From contig JAGBUH010000253.1 in assembly GCA_017630915.1 (NCBI GenBank), positions 5,196 through 69,195 of the forward strand: a DNA stretch of 64,000 nt, read 5' to 3'. Positions 1-8,751 of this stretch are shown in pieces (the first letter of the stretch is position 1; each line of letters begins with the position of its first letter). Below the pieces are notes generated by a model. That model was not told where the DNA came from. It saw nothing but the letters and a program-made list of their open reading frames with translations, and searched no databases. This stretch comes from Clostridia bacterium (GTDB taxonomy: Bacteria > Bacillota > Clostridia > Oscillospirales > CAG-382). Made by a program: the position numbers and the translations under genes.

Positions 1-533
1 GTCGCTTCGTCCATCGTTCTTGCAAAAGACTTGAAACAACCTTCAATAATATGGTGGGTATTTCTTCCTGCAAGTTTTTGGATATGCAAAGTGAGTTTCG
101 CATTACGAACAAATGCCAAGAAAAATTCACTTACTAGTTCGGTATCGAAATTCCCAACCTTTTTTGCAGGAACGTCCAAATCGAAAGCAAGATGCGGTCT
201 GCCTGAAATATCAACAGCGGTAAGAATTAACGATTCGTCCATAGGTATAGTCTTATCTGCGTAACGCTTAATACCCTTCATATCGCCAAGCGCTTTATTA
301 AAAGCCAAACCAAGACAAATCCCCACATCTTCAACCGTGTGGTGCGCATCGACTTCTAAATCGCCGTTGCACTTAACGACAAGGTCAAACATACCATGCG
401 ATGCAAACAAAGTGAGCATGTGGTCAAAGAAGCCAACACCTGTGTCTATCTCGCTTTTTCCCGAACCGTCAAGGTTCAAGCTAAGATAAATATCGGTTTC
501 TTTTGTTTTTCTGTTAATTTCAGAAGTTCTCAT
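1..533 (-). CDS. hisB: imidazoleglycerol-phosphate dehydratase (N-terminal part; C-terminus runs off the window start)
   Basis: Absent from the ORF track because there is no stop codon in the window. My minus-strand translation from the ATG at 533..531 reads MRTSEINRKTKETDIYLSLNLDGSGKSEIDTGVGFFDHMLTLFASHG...DAHHTVEDVG...GRNTHHIIEGCFKSFARTM, which includes both HH metal motifs of IGPD. There is an ATGA overlap with the hisC stop. Confidence 0.9.
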   Translation of the reverse strand, partial: MRTSEINRKTKETDIYLSLNLDGSGKSEIDTGVGFFDHMLTLFASHGMFDLVVKCNGDLEVDAHHTVEDVGICLGLAFNKALGDMKGIKRYADKTIPMDESLILTAVDISGRPHLAFDLDVPAKKVGNFDTELVSEFFLAFVRNAKLTLHIQKLAGRNTHHIIEGCFKSFARTMDEA

Positions 534-1594
534 TTTATACCTCCGACTATCTCCGCAAGCGCATTTATAACTATTTGCATTTGCTCGGGAGTACCAATAG
601 ATATTCTTAAATATTCATCAATCCGTTCTTTATCAAAACGTCTGATAAGAATTTTTCGTTTTTTTAATTCTTCAAAAATATATTTACCCGAAATAGAATT
701 ATGCTTTGCAAACACAAAATTCGCTTTTGAAGGAATAACGTCAAAACCGAGTTTCACAAGTTCTTCACTAAACTTATCACGTGTTTTGCAAATCTCGTTG
801 ATGCATTCGACATAATAATCATTGTTTTCTAACACCGTTGTTCCGACCGCTTGGGTAAGACTGTTTACGTTGTACGGATTGATAGAAAACTTGACTTTTT
901 CTAAATCAGATGCAATATCCTCAGATGTAATTATATAACCAAGCCTTGCGCCTGCCATGCCGCGCGATTTCGAAAATGTACCGACAATAACCAAGTTGTC
1001 GTATTTCGGTAACAGTTCCACACAACTTTCACCCGAAAAAGCAGTATATGCTTCATCAATAACAACGATATTGTCACGGTTGTTGATAAGTATTTCCTCG
1101 ATTTGATTGTTTGAAAGTCTTTTACCTGTGGGAGCGTTTGGATTAGCGATAAAAATAGTTTTATTAAGGCCGAAATAATCGGCATGATTTATCGCAAAAA
1201 CATCATTTAACGGAATGATTTGTTTGTCTACACAACACAAATCTGCATATACCGAATAAAAACCGTATGTTATATCGGCAAAAGCCGCACCGCAATCTTC
1301 ACCGCAAAAAGTCAAGAAACACAAATACAAAGCATCGTCCGAACCGTTAGTGAAAATCACGTTATTTCCACCGTAACCGAAAACATCTTTAAAACGTTCT
1401 TTTAGTTCTTTACAAGTCAAATCGGAATACAAATTCATATTCTCGACCGCTTTGGATGCGCTTTCAAAAACACATTTCGCAGGCGGATACGGAAATTCAT
1501 TAGTATTAAGTTTAATAAATTCACCCAATTTAGGTTGTTCACCGGGGATATACGCCTTTAAAGACGAAAGACGCTTATCTAAAAAACGGCTCAT
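530..1594 (-). CDS. hisC: histidinol-phosphate aminotransferase
   Basis: 354-aa ORF with the LNTNEFPYPP motif and a class-II aminotransferase layout. It sits between hisD and hisB with overlapping or adjacent stops and starts. Confidence 0.9.
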   Translation of the reverse strand: MSRFLDKRLSSLKAYIPGEQPKLGEFIKLNTNEFPYPPAKCVFESASKAVENMNLYSDLTCKELKERFKDVFGYGGNNVIFTNGSDDALYLCFLTFCGEDCGAAFADITYGFYSVYADLCCVDKQIIPLNDVFAINHADYFGLNKTIFIANPNAPTGKRLSNNQIEEILINNRDNIVVIDEAYTAFSGESCVELLPKYDNLVIVGTFSKSRGMAGARLGYIITSEDIASDLEKVKFSINPYNVNSLTQAVGTTVLENNDYYVECINEICKTRDKFSEELVKLGFDVIPSKANFVFAKHNSISGKYIFEELKKRKILIRRFDKERIDEYLRISIGTPEQMQIVINALAEIVGGIK

Positions 1595-1596
1595 TT

Positions 1597-2865
1597 TTAA
1601 TGCTCCTTACGAACCAAAGCACTTCTTGCGTGAGCGTCAAGACCTTCACGAGATGCAAACATTGCAATCTTGTCAGCATCGTTAAGCATCGCCTCACGCG
1701 GATAATAGGTATATTCAATCGTTTTAATAAAATCATCAACCGAAAGCGCACTCGCAAAACGCGCAGTTCCGCTTGTGGGGAGAACGTGGTTTGTTCCCGA
1801 AAAATAATCGCCTACTGCCTCAGGACAGTTACTTCCGAGGAAAACCGAACCTGCGTTTCTTACCAAAGGTAAAAGTTCGAACGCATCTTTCGTGTTAATT
1901 TCAAGATGTTCAGGTGCCAAACGGTTGGAAATCTCGATAGCTTTTAATATGTTTTCGGTAATAATGATTTTACCGTTATTATCTATCGAAGGACGTGCAA
2001 TATCTTTTCTCGGCAACAATTCAAGTTGACGTTCAAGTTCAACCGCTGTTTCTTCTGCGAGTTTTGACGAATCGGTTATCAAAACAGCCGTAGCATTTTT
2101 GTCATGTTCAGCTTGTGAAAGCATATCAGCCGCGACTATTTCAGGTGCGCAACTATCGTCAGCAATAATCAAAATCTCGCTGGGTCCGGCAATCATGTCA
2201 ATATCAACTATGCCGTAAACCTGTCTTTTTGCTTCGGCAACAAAGGCATTTCCGGGGCCTACAATCTTATCAACTTTCGGAACGGTTTCGGTTCCGTAAG
2301 CAAGTGCCGCAACAGCTTGTGCACCGCCTAAAGAAAACAGACGGTCAACCCCTGCAACGTAAGCCGCAGCAAGAATATCATCACGTATCGAGCCGTCAGC
2401 AGAAGGAGGTGTTGTCATGATTATTTCATCAACACCGGCAATTTTCGCAGGAATACAGTTCATCAAAACCGAGGAAGGATATGCCGCAGTACCGCCCGGA
2501 ACATAAAGCGCAACGCGCTGTAACGGCAAAACCTTTCTACCGATTTTTACACCGTTTTTTCGGTTGATTTCATAACCTTCGCGAGTTTGTGCAGAGTGAT
2601 ATTCGCGTATATTTTCAGCCGCTTCATCAAGAACCGCTTTGAATTCGGCATCGGTGCGGTCATACGCTTCTTTCATCAAATTCGATTCAACTTCAAAATT
2701 AGTCAATTCTACCTTGTCGAATTTCGCGCTATATTCTCGCAAAGCCGCATCGCCGTTTGTTCGCACATTTTCGATAATACCACGAACTATATCCGAAACA
2801 TCAACGGTGCTACTGCTTCTGTCAAATATTTCGTTTTCGTTATAACTTTTTAATATTTTAATCAT
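1597..2865 (-). CDS. hisD: histidinol dehydrogenase
   Basis: 422-aa ORF with the blocks GGAQAVAALAYGTETVPKVDKIVGPGNAFV, SQAEHD and APEHLE typical of HisD. Its start overlaps the hisG stop by 4 nt. Confidence 0.93.
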   Translation of the reverse strand: MIKILKSYNENEIFDRSSSTVDVSDIVRGIIENVRTNGDAALREYSAKFDKVELTNFEVESNLMKEAYDRTDAEFKAVLDEAAENIREYHSAQTREGYEINRKNGVKIGRKVLPLQRVALYVPGGTAAYPSSVLMNCIPAKIAGVDEIIMTTPPSADGSIRDDILAAAYVAGVDRLFSLGGAQAVAALAYGTETVPKVDKIVGPGNAFVAEAKRQVYGIVDIDMIAGPSEILIIADDSCAPEIVAADMLSQAEHDKNATAVLITDSSKLAEETAVELERQLELLPRKDIARPSIDNNGKIIITENILKAIEISNRLAPEHLEINTKDAFELLPLVRNAGSVFLGSNCPEAVGDYFSGTNHVLPTSGTARFASALSVDDFIKTIEYTYYPREAMLNDADKIAMFASREGLDAHARSALVRKEH

Positions 2866-3503
2866 TTTGCGTTCTCCGCAATAAATTTAATTGTTGAGTC
2901 AAGCAATTTATTTATGCTGTCAGATTTAAACTTATATGCCGCTTTATTTGCAACAAGACGAGCGCTTATATCGCAAATCGTTTCAAAAACAACAAGGCCG
3001 TTTTCACGTAAAGTTGCCCCCGTTTCAACAATATCAACAATCACATCGCTCAAATCAAGCAACGGTGCGATTTCTATGGAACCGTTAAGTTTGATAATAT
3101 CAATATCGCGTGACTGCTTTGAATAATAATTCCACGCAATGTTAGAAAATTTAGTTGCAACTCTAATCGTTTTATCGGTGGGAATACGAGTTCCCTTTTT
3201 ACCGGCAACCGCCATTTTACATTTGCCGAAACCAAGGTCGCAAAGTTCATATATATCAGGCGAATATTCAAGCAAAATATCCTTGCCAACCACGCCTATG
3301 TCTGCCGCACCGCGTTCAACATATATTGCAACGTCAGACGGTTTAGCCCAAAAGTATCTAACTTTGTTTTCGGGATTTTCAAAAATCAGTTTTCTGCCGC
3401 CGTCAAGCATTTCGGGACAACCATACCCAATAGATTCCAACAAAGTGTAGACCTTTTCGCCTAATCTTCCTTTGGGAAGTGCTATATTTATGTAATCATT
3501 CAT
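2862..3503 (-). CDS. hisG: ATP phosphoribosyltransferase, short form
   Basis: 213-aa ORF with no C-terminal regulatory domain. The N-terminus MNDYINIALPKGRL and the later DIVETGATLRENGL block are typical. It overlaps the hisZ stop. Confidence 0.9.
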   Translation of the reverse strand: MNDYINIALPKGRLGEKVYTLLESIGYGCPEMLDGGRKLIFENPENKVRYFWAKPSDVAIYVERGAADIGVVGKDILLEYSPDIYELCDLGFGKCKMAVAGKKGTRIPTDKTIRVATKFSNIAWNYYSKQSRDIDIIKLNGSIEIAPLLDLSDVIVDIVETGATLRENGLVVFETICDISARLVANKAAYKFKSDSINKLLDSTIKFIAENAK

Positions 3504-4623
3504 ATTTCAAACTCCCATCGGTACTCATAATTGCTTTCTTTTTGTATTTTAAAGCAAATTCGGGTTCATACGGCAAAGCCAAGCAACGTTCACCCGAAGC
3601 TACAATCTCGCGTTCTGCGGAAAGAACCTGCGAAGGAGAGCAGTCTTCCGAATACAAAAGAAATACATCATAATCATATTCTTTTGCTCGATACTTGAAA
3701 CTATCAAGCAAATCGGTAGAAACAGCAAAGCCTGCCGCGGAAGTTTCAACGCCGAAACGGCGCACAAGTTTATCGTATCGTCCACCCGAAAGAACACTTT
3801 TCGGAACACCGTTAATAAACCCTTGAAATACCAAACCGTTGTAATAGTTCATATCATTTATCACAGAGAAATCAAGGATAAACTTGTTTGAAAGCCCAAA
3901 CGAAGCCAATATATCAGAAAGAGAAACAAGTTCATCAAAACTCGCACGCGAAATATTTCCGCAAACCAACTTTTCGGCATCCTTAATAACCGTTCCAAGT
4001 TCACCGCACACGGTTATTAAACCACAAAGTCGTTCGACAGTATCTTTATCAACACAAAAAGAAGAACAAAGTTCACGCAGTCCATGCAAATTCTTTTCGG
4101 CAATAAGTTTGAGCATACGCTCTCTTTCGATTTCTTCCATCCCTGCCGTATCCAAAATTTCGGACACAAAACCCATGTGAGAAACAGCAATACGATATTT
4201 TTCATCCACTTGCGATAAACTTTCAGCAGCAAGCATCAAAATTTCTGCCAACGCACGAACATCAAGTTCTCCGAAATATTCAAGACCAACTTGTGTAGTC
4301 TCTTTAATATCGCCGGCGTCGGTATCGGCGATATAAACATTTTCGATATAATACAATTTTTCGGGAAGCGACGAAGCACGAATGTTTTTAACAATCGAAA
4401 GCGTTATGTCGGGTTTTAAAGCAAGAAGCCTACCCTTCGGATCAGTAACGGTAATAATATTTCCGTGCCTTAAAAATGATTTATTTTCAAGATAAAGGTC
4501 ATATTTTTCAAATTTACTCATCTTGAATTTTTTATATCCGTACGCCTCGTACATTCTTCTTAAACCAAGAACATATTCCTCATCACCGCATAAACCGGCA
4601 TTATTGAAACTCATCGACATCAC
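3496..4623 (-). CDS. hisZ: ATP phosphoribosyltransferase regulatory subunit (HisRS paralogue)
   Basis: 375-aa class-II aaRS-like ORF directly upstream of a short-form hisG, the arrangement in which HisZ is required. An AGGTG RBS lies 5 nt before the ATG. Confidence 0.85.
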   Translation of the reverse strand: MMSMSFNNAGLCGDEEYVLGLRRMYEAYGYKKFKMSKFEKYDLYLENKSFLRHGNIITVTDPKGRLLALKPDITLSIVKNIRASSLPEKLYYIENVYIADTDAGDIKETTQVGLEYFGELDVRALAEILMLAAESLSQVDEKYRIAVSHMGFVSEILDTAGMEEIERERMLKLIAEKNLHGLRELCSSFCVDKDTVERLCGLITVCGELGTVIKDAEKLVCGNISRASFDELVSLSDILASFGLSNKFILDFSVINDMNYYNGLVFQGFINGVPKSVLSGGRYDKLVRRFGVETSAAGFAVSTDLLDSFKYRAKEYDYDVFLLYSEDCSPSQVLSAEREIVASGERCLALPYEPEFALKYKKKAIMSTDGSLKYE

Positions 4624-4644
4624 CTACATTTTTAATTTAATAAA

Positions 4645-4673
4645 ATTATAGCACTTGTTTTCGCATTAGTCAA
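4645..4673 (-). promoter_or_regulatory. proximal sigma-A type promoter of the his operon (TTGACT-17-TATAAT)
   Basis: On the minus strand, TTGACT is at 4673..4668, the spacer is 17 nt and TATAAT is at 4650..4645. The predicted leader to the hisZ ATG is only about 15 nt. Confidence 0.55.
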
Positions 4674-4767
4674 GTAAATCAATAAAGTTTTTGTTAAAAA
4701 ATATTTCAAAAACAACAAGTTAATTATACAAAAAGCACAAAACATACCAATAAAACATAACTCATGA

Positions 4768-4796
4768 ATTATATACGATTATACATATTTTGTCAA
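4768..4796 (-). promoter_or_regulatory. distal promoter-like element facing hisZ (perfect TTGACA-17-TATAAT)
   Basis: On the minus strand, TTGACA is at 4796..4791, the spacer is 17 nt and TATAAT is at 4773..4768. It would give a leader of about 135 nt. The AT-rich context raises the chance of a false positive. Confidence 0.45.
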
Positions 4797-4818
4797 TGAA
4801 TTTGAATAAGATTATAAT
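4790..4818 (+). promoter_or_regulatory. distal promoter-like element facing the DUF4317 gene (TTGTCA-17-TATAAT)
   Basis: TTGTCA is at 4790..4795, the spacer is 17 nt and TATAAT is at 4813..4818. Its -35 overlaps the -35 of the minus-strand distal promoter, and its -10 lies inside a 16-bp perfect palindrome. Confidence 0.4.
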
Positions 4819-4828
4819 TCGAATTATA
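4813..4828. promoter_or_regulatory. 16-bp perfect palindrome TATAATTCGAATTATA (candidate operator)
   Basis: Checked base by base: 8 of 8 symmetric pairs around the 4820|4821 centre, and the symmetry breaks at 4812/4829. Confidence 0.35.
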
Positions 4829-4863
4829 GTGTAGTAAACAACATCTTAATTTTAAAAACGTTG

Positions 4864-4892
4864 TTGACAGAGATAGAAAAAAGCAGTATGAT
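4864..4892 (+). promoter_or_regulatory. proximal sigma-A type promoter (TTGACA-17-TATGAT)
   Basis: TTGACA is at 4864..4869, the spacer is 17 nt and TATGAT is at 4887..4892. A GGAG RBS at 4913..4916 precedes the ATG at 4926. Confidence 0.55.
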
Positions 4893-4925
4893 AATATTTA
4901 AACTAAAACAATGGAGTAATATATA

Positions 4926-6053
4926 ATGAACGACCGCGAAATTTCAGAAATTCGAAGAAGACTTCGCCCAGAAAGGAATAATATAGGCCGTATACGCGGC
5001 TGTTATGTTAATGATAATCATACGATCATTTCGGAGTTTGACCAAATGCTTGGTCTGATATCAAGCGACGAAGCCGAAGAAATACTTTCTCTTTTAAGAA
5101 AAACACTTTCGGGTTCAATCGGAAGAAATCTGTTAGACATTTCCTTTTCAAATCAACAGGTTCTCGAAGGTGAAGAACATAAACTTTTGTCAACATTACG
5201 TTCTTCCTCTTTAACTGATAATGATGCCGTTAAAACGTTTTTCGAAAAAATCGTTAAATCGGTTGACATTGAAGGTAGTTATTTCATTTTACTTGCTAAC
5301 GATAAATACGATATCATAACCTATGATGCAAACGGCGACAAAAACGATTCACCTGAAATGTTCACCTATATAATCTGCGCGGTTTGTCCCATAAAAGTTG
5401 CAAAGCCGTCTTTGGGTTACAGCCTTTCCGAAGCGAAGTTTAAAAACATAATCCGCGATTCTATCGTGTCCTCCCCCGAGGTTGGGTTTATGTTCCCTGC
5501 TTTTGATTCGAGAACGGCTAATATTTACAGTGCGTTGCTTTACACCAAAGATATTTCCCTTGCACATGAAGAATTTGTCGACACAATGTTCAAATCGGTT
5601 ATCCCGATGCCCGCAAGCGAGCAAACAACAAGCATTGCCGAAATACTTAACGATACAGTTGCCGATGATTGCAGTTTGGAACTCGTTCAGGCAATGCAAG
5701 CGCAACTCATCGAACTTACTGCCGACCACAAAACCAATAAAGAAGATGAACCGCTTACACTTTCTTCAAAGGATATGAGTACCCTGTTGCGCTTTGGCGG
5801 AGTGAAAGAAGATGCAATCGGGGCATTTGCCGAGAAATTCGAAGACGGTTTCGGCGCTTCCGCAGCTATTCATCCCCAAAATATTATCGACATCAAAAAA
5901 TTCGAGGTTAAAACCCCCGAAGTTACGGTAAAGGTCAGCCCCGAATGCAGCGAACTCGTTCAAACGCGAATCATCGACGGCACTAAGTATTTACTTATTC
6001 GCGCAGACGGTGATGTTGAAGTAAACGGAATCAGAATAAATATTAACGAATAA
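4926..6053 (+). CDS. conserved Clostridia protein, DUF4317-like (function unknown)
   Basis: 375-aa ORF with a good RBS. The N-terminal pattern ISEIRRRLRPERNNIGRIRGCYVN and the overall length match my memory of the DUF4317 family. This was not verified by a search. Confidence 0.55.
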   Translation: MNDREISEIRRRLRPERNNIGRIRGCYVNDNHTIISEFDQMLGLISSDEAEEILSLLRKTLSGSIGRNLLDISFSNQQVLEGEEHKLLSTLRSSSLTDNDAVKTFFEKIVKSVDIEGSYFILLANDKYDIITYDANGDKNDSPEMFTYIICAVCPIKVAKPSLGYSLSEAKFKNIIRDSIVSSPEVGFMFPAFDSRTANIYSALLYTKDISLAHEEFVDTMFKSVIPMPASEQTTSIAEILNDTVADDCSLELVQAMQAQLIELTADHKTNKEDEPLTLSSKDMSTLLRFGGVKEDAIGAFAEKFEDGFGASAAIHPQNIIDIKKFEVKTPEVTVKVSPECSELVQTRIIDGTKYLLIRADGDVEVNGIRININE

Positions 6054-6071
6054 AGGTTACGAGGTTTTAAT

Positions 6072-6863
6072 ATGCCGCTGGCAAACTTGTTTAAATTAGG
6101 TGAATATTTATTTGCATCAAGCGGTCGCTTTGAACCCTGCGGTATGTTTACAACTCACCATATTATTGCTTCGTTTATATGTTTAATCGCAGTGATTGCT
6201 TTGATTTATCTACAACGAAAAAAGCATTTCAAACTCAACAAAGATAAGGCTTTTAAGTTCTGTGCTTTTTTGCTAACAATCCTTGAAGTAATCAAAATAT
6301 TGCATAGTTTTATATACGGCGACTATTATTTAGACGCATGGTTTCCGCTTTCCTATTGCGGACTATTCATATTCGCGCTTTGGATGGCAGGATTCGGACA
6401 TGGACGAATCAAACGAATGGGTGAAGTATTTATCGCATACGGTTGCCCTTGCGCAGGGATTGCTTTTCTTATCTTCCCTACCACTTCGTTGATGATTTTC
6501 CCGATTTGGCATTATTTTTCGCTTTACAGTTTGTTTTTTCATTCCTTGATGATTTTTATGGGTCTTTTTACTTTGACGTTTGAAAATCGCTTTAATTTAG
6601 ATTCATTTTTAAACTATGCAGTTTTCGTAATAACGTTTGCTATTCCTGCCGTAATTTTAAATTCCGTGTTTAATAGCAACCTTATGAACCTCCGCGAACC
6701 GTATAATATCCCGATTCGATTTTTGCAAGATATTTATTCTTCGTGTGGAATTTGTTATACCATTTTAGTGGTGTTTGGCTATATGTTAATACCGATAATC
6801 ATGTCGTTTGTTTTTAAAAAAATTAAAACAAAATTCACCCAACTTGACAAAATCAGAAAATGA
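6072..6863 (+). CDS. polytopic membrane protein, YwaF/TIGR02206-like
   Basis: 263-aa ORF with about 7 hydrophobic segments. The motifs TTHHIIASF and FPLSYCGLF resemble the YwaF/TP0381 family. Confidence 0.45.
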   Translation: MPLANLFKLGEYLFASSGRFEPCGMFTTHHIIASFICLIAVIALIYLQRKKHFKLNKDKAFKFCAFLLTILEVIKILHSFIYGDYYLDAWFPLSYCGLFIFALWMAGFGHGRIKRMGEVFIAYGCPCAGIAFLIFPTTSLMIFPIWHYFSLYSLFFHSLMIFMGLFTLTFENRFNLDSFLNYAVFVITFAIPAVILNSVFNSNLMNLREPYNIPIRFLQDIYSSCGICYTILVVFGYMLIPIIMSFVFKKIKTKFTQLDKIRK

Positions 6864-6903
6864 TGATACCCTATAAACAGTCTGTTTTTTTGAGGAGTTT
6901 TTT

Positions 6904-8565
6904 ATGAAAAAATACATTTCTTTTTTTCTCTCGTCAATATTTGTTTTATCGCTTCTCACGATGTCGATTTGCAATGTTTCTGCCGCCACCAATTCGCAAG
7001 GTGTTGAATTTTCGCTCTCCGGCGACCAAACCCATTATATCGTAACAGGTTTCAGCGGAACTTCTACTGCGGTTACAATACCTTCGCAATTCAACGGAAA
7101 ACCCGTCACCAAAATCGGCGAGAGTGCGTTTGAAGATTGTACAACCTTAACAAGCGTTTCTATTCCCGATTCTGTTACCCATATCGGCCCTTATTCTTTT
7201 ACAAACTGCGCCGCAATAAAAAACATCACCATACCCAACTCGGTTATTGAAATCGGTGAATGCGCCTTTTATCTCAGCGGTCTTACCTCCATTTCAATCC
7301 CAGCTTCCGTAACAAAAATTAACGATTCTGCCTTTTTGAGATGTTTTGCAGTTGCAAGCATTACCGTTGCCAACGACAACACTTTATATCACAGCGATGG
7401 TGATTGTTTAATCGAAACGAACTCTAAAACACTTATTTTAGGTTGTAAAAACAGTATAATCCCCTCTAACGGAAGTGTTACCAAAATCGGCAAAACCGCC
7501 TTTTATGAAATCAGCGATATAAAAACAGTTAATATCCCCAACGGCATTACCGAAATCGGCGAAGACGCTTTTTTAAACTGCAAAGGTATTACAAGTGTAA
7601 CTCTCCCGAATTCGCTTAAAACCATTGGCAAAGGCGCGTTTTTCTCCTGCTCGGGTATACAAACCGTTACCTTTGGTAACACCGTTTCAAAAATCGGTGA
7701 TTACGCTTTCCAAGGTTGCACCAACATAACCAATATTACACTTCCCGATTCCGTAACAGACATCGGTTGGGGAACGTTTTACGGTTGTACAAAACTTTTG
7801 AGCGTTAAACTTCCTACCACCTTAGAAGAAATTGATGCAAGCGCATTTGCTAATTGTTCGAATCTTACCACCGTTAACATGCCCGAAAATCTAAAAAAAA
7901 TCGGCGATGATGCATTTTCAAACTGCCCAAAACTCCCCAATGTCACTCTTCCTCAAACTCTCGAAAGCATTGGAGAATACGCATTCAACAACTGTTCTAC
8001 TATTACAGCCATTGAGATCCCCTATACCGTTGAAGAAATAGGCAGATATGCATTTAACAATTGCAACAAACTTGCAGAAATTCGTTGTATGGTCGGCGTT
8101 CAACCCGAAATGTGGGACAACAATTGGCTTAGCGGATGTACAGCAACGGTTACTTGGGGCGATAATTACCAAGCAATTGCAGAATTCAACGCAGTTATAA
8201 ATGCATGTGAATCACTTGACAAAACCGATTATGCCGATGAAGAATGGTCGGCTATTCAAGAGGCGCTTACCAATGCAAAAGCTTATTCCACCAACGGAAA
8301 AACAAGCGACGAAATCAACGCTGAAAAAGCAAAACTCGAAAATGCAATTTTGTCGAATCCCAAACGTTCCGAATTTGGCGATTTAAACGAAGATACGGTC
8401 ATCGATTCGGTTGACTATTTACTTGTCAAACGTGCTTGTTTCGGCACATATACTCTAACCAATATTCAACAAACACGTGCCGATATTGACAGAAGCAATC
8501 AATTAGATTCTACCGACTATTTGCTCTTGAAACGTATCGCATTCGGCACTTTTATCGTTGTTTAG
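6904..8565 (+). CDS. secreted BspA-type leucine-rich-repeat protein with a C-terminal dockerin
   Basis: The signal peptide is MKKYISFFLSSIFVLSLLTMSICNVSA. There are more than 12 repeats of about 23 aa of the form IPxSVTxIGxxAFxxCxxLTSVxLP. The C-terminus carries duplicated Ca-binding segments, DLNEDTVIDSVDYLLVKR and DIDRSNQLDSTDYLLLKR. Confidence 0.85.
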   Translation: MKKYISFFLSSIFVLSLLTMSICNVSAATNSQGVEFSLSGDQTHYIVTGFSGTSTAVTIPSQFNGKPVTKIGESAFEDCTTLTSVSIPDSVTHIGPYSFTNCAAIKNITIPNSVIEIGECAFYLSGLTSISIPASVTKINDSAFLRCFAVASITVANDNTLYHSDGDCLIETNSKTLILGCKNSIIPSNGSVTKIGKTAFYEISDIKTVNIPNGITEIGEDAFLNCKGITSVTLPNSLKTIGKGAFFSCSGIQTVTFGNTVSKIGDYAFQGCTNITNITLPDSVTDIGWGTFYGCTKLLSVKLPTTLEEIDASAFANCSNLTTVNMPENLKKIGDDAFSNCPKLPNVTLPQTLESIGEYAFNNCSTITAIEIPYTVEEIGRYAFNNCNKLAEIRCMVGVQPEMWDNNWLSGCTATVTWGDNYQAIAEFNAVINACESLDKTDYADEEWSAIQEALTNAKAYSTNGKTSDEINAEKAKLENAILSNPKRSEFGDLNEDTVIDSVDYLLVKRACFGTYTLTNIQQTRADIDRSNQLDSTDYLLLKRIAFGTFIVV

Positions 8566-8575
8566 ATTAGATATT

Positions 8576-8604
8576 AAAAATGCTTCCAATTGGGAGCATT
8601 TTTG
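8576..8604 (+). terminator. rho-independent terminator
   Basis: An 8-bp stem (8580..8587 pairs with 8592..8599, one G-U pair) has an AATT loop and is followed by TTTTT. Confidence 0.6.
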
Positions 8605-8686
8605 AATTTTTCTCTTTTTAATCATTTTTAATGTTGAATTTTGGATTTTTTATGAACAAAACGTTGGTTTTTTGTATCCAATACAC

Positions 8687-8715
8687 TTGAAATCAGTTGA
8701 AACTTGTGTTATAGT
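8687..8715 (+). promoter_or_regulatory. candidate promoter of the glycan locus (TTGAAA-17-TATAGT)
   Basis: TTGAAA is at 8687..8692, the spacer is 17 nt and TATAGT is at 8710..8715. It lies in the 174-nt gap after the terminator. Confidence 0.4.
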
Positions 8716-8751
8716 ATATTTAAGTATAATTAAATTCAAATGGTGCTTTGT

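Noticed and set aside
4624-4770. A possible T-box riboswitch or histidine attenuator upstream of hisZ.
   Set aside because: The leader is at most about 135 nt, too short for a T-box. There is no T-box 14-mer, no specifier-loop context and no His-rich leader peptide. The only hairpin is a 7-bp A/U stem.
6864-6903. A small inverted repeat AAACAG/CTGTTT followed by a T-run, which could be a terminator between the membrane protein and the LRR gene.
   Set aside because: The arms are separated by a single base, so no stable hairpin can form. The T7 run alone is not evidence of termination.
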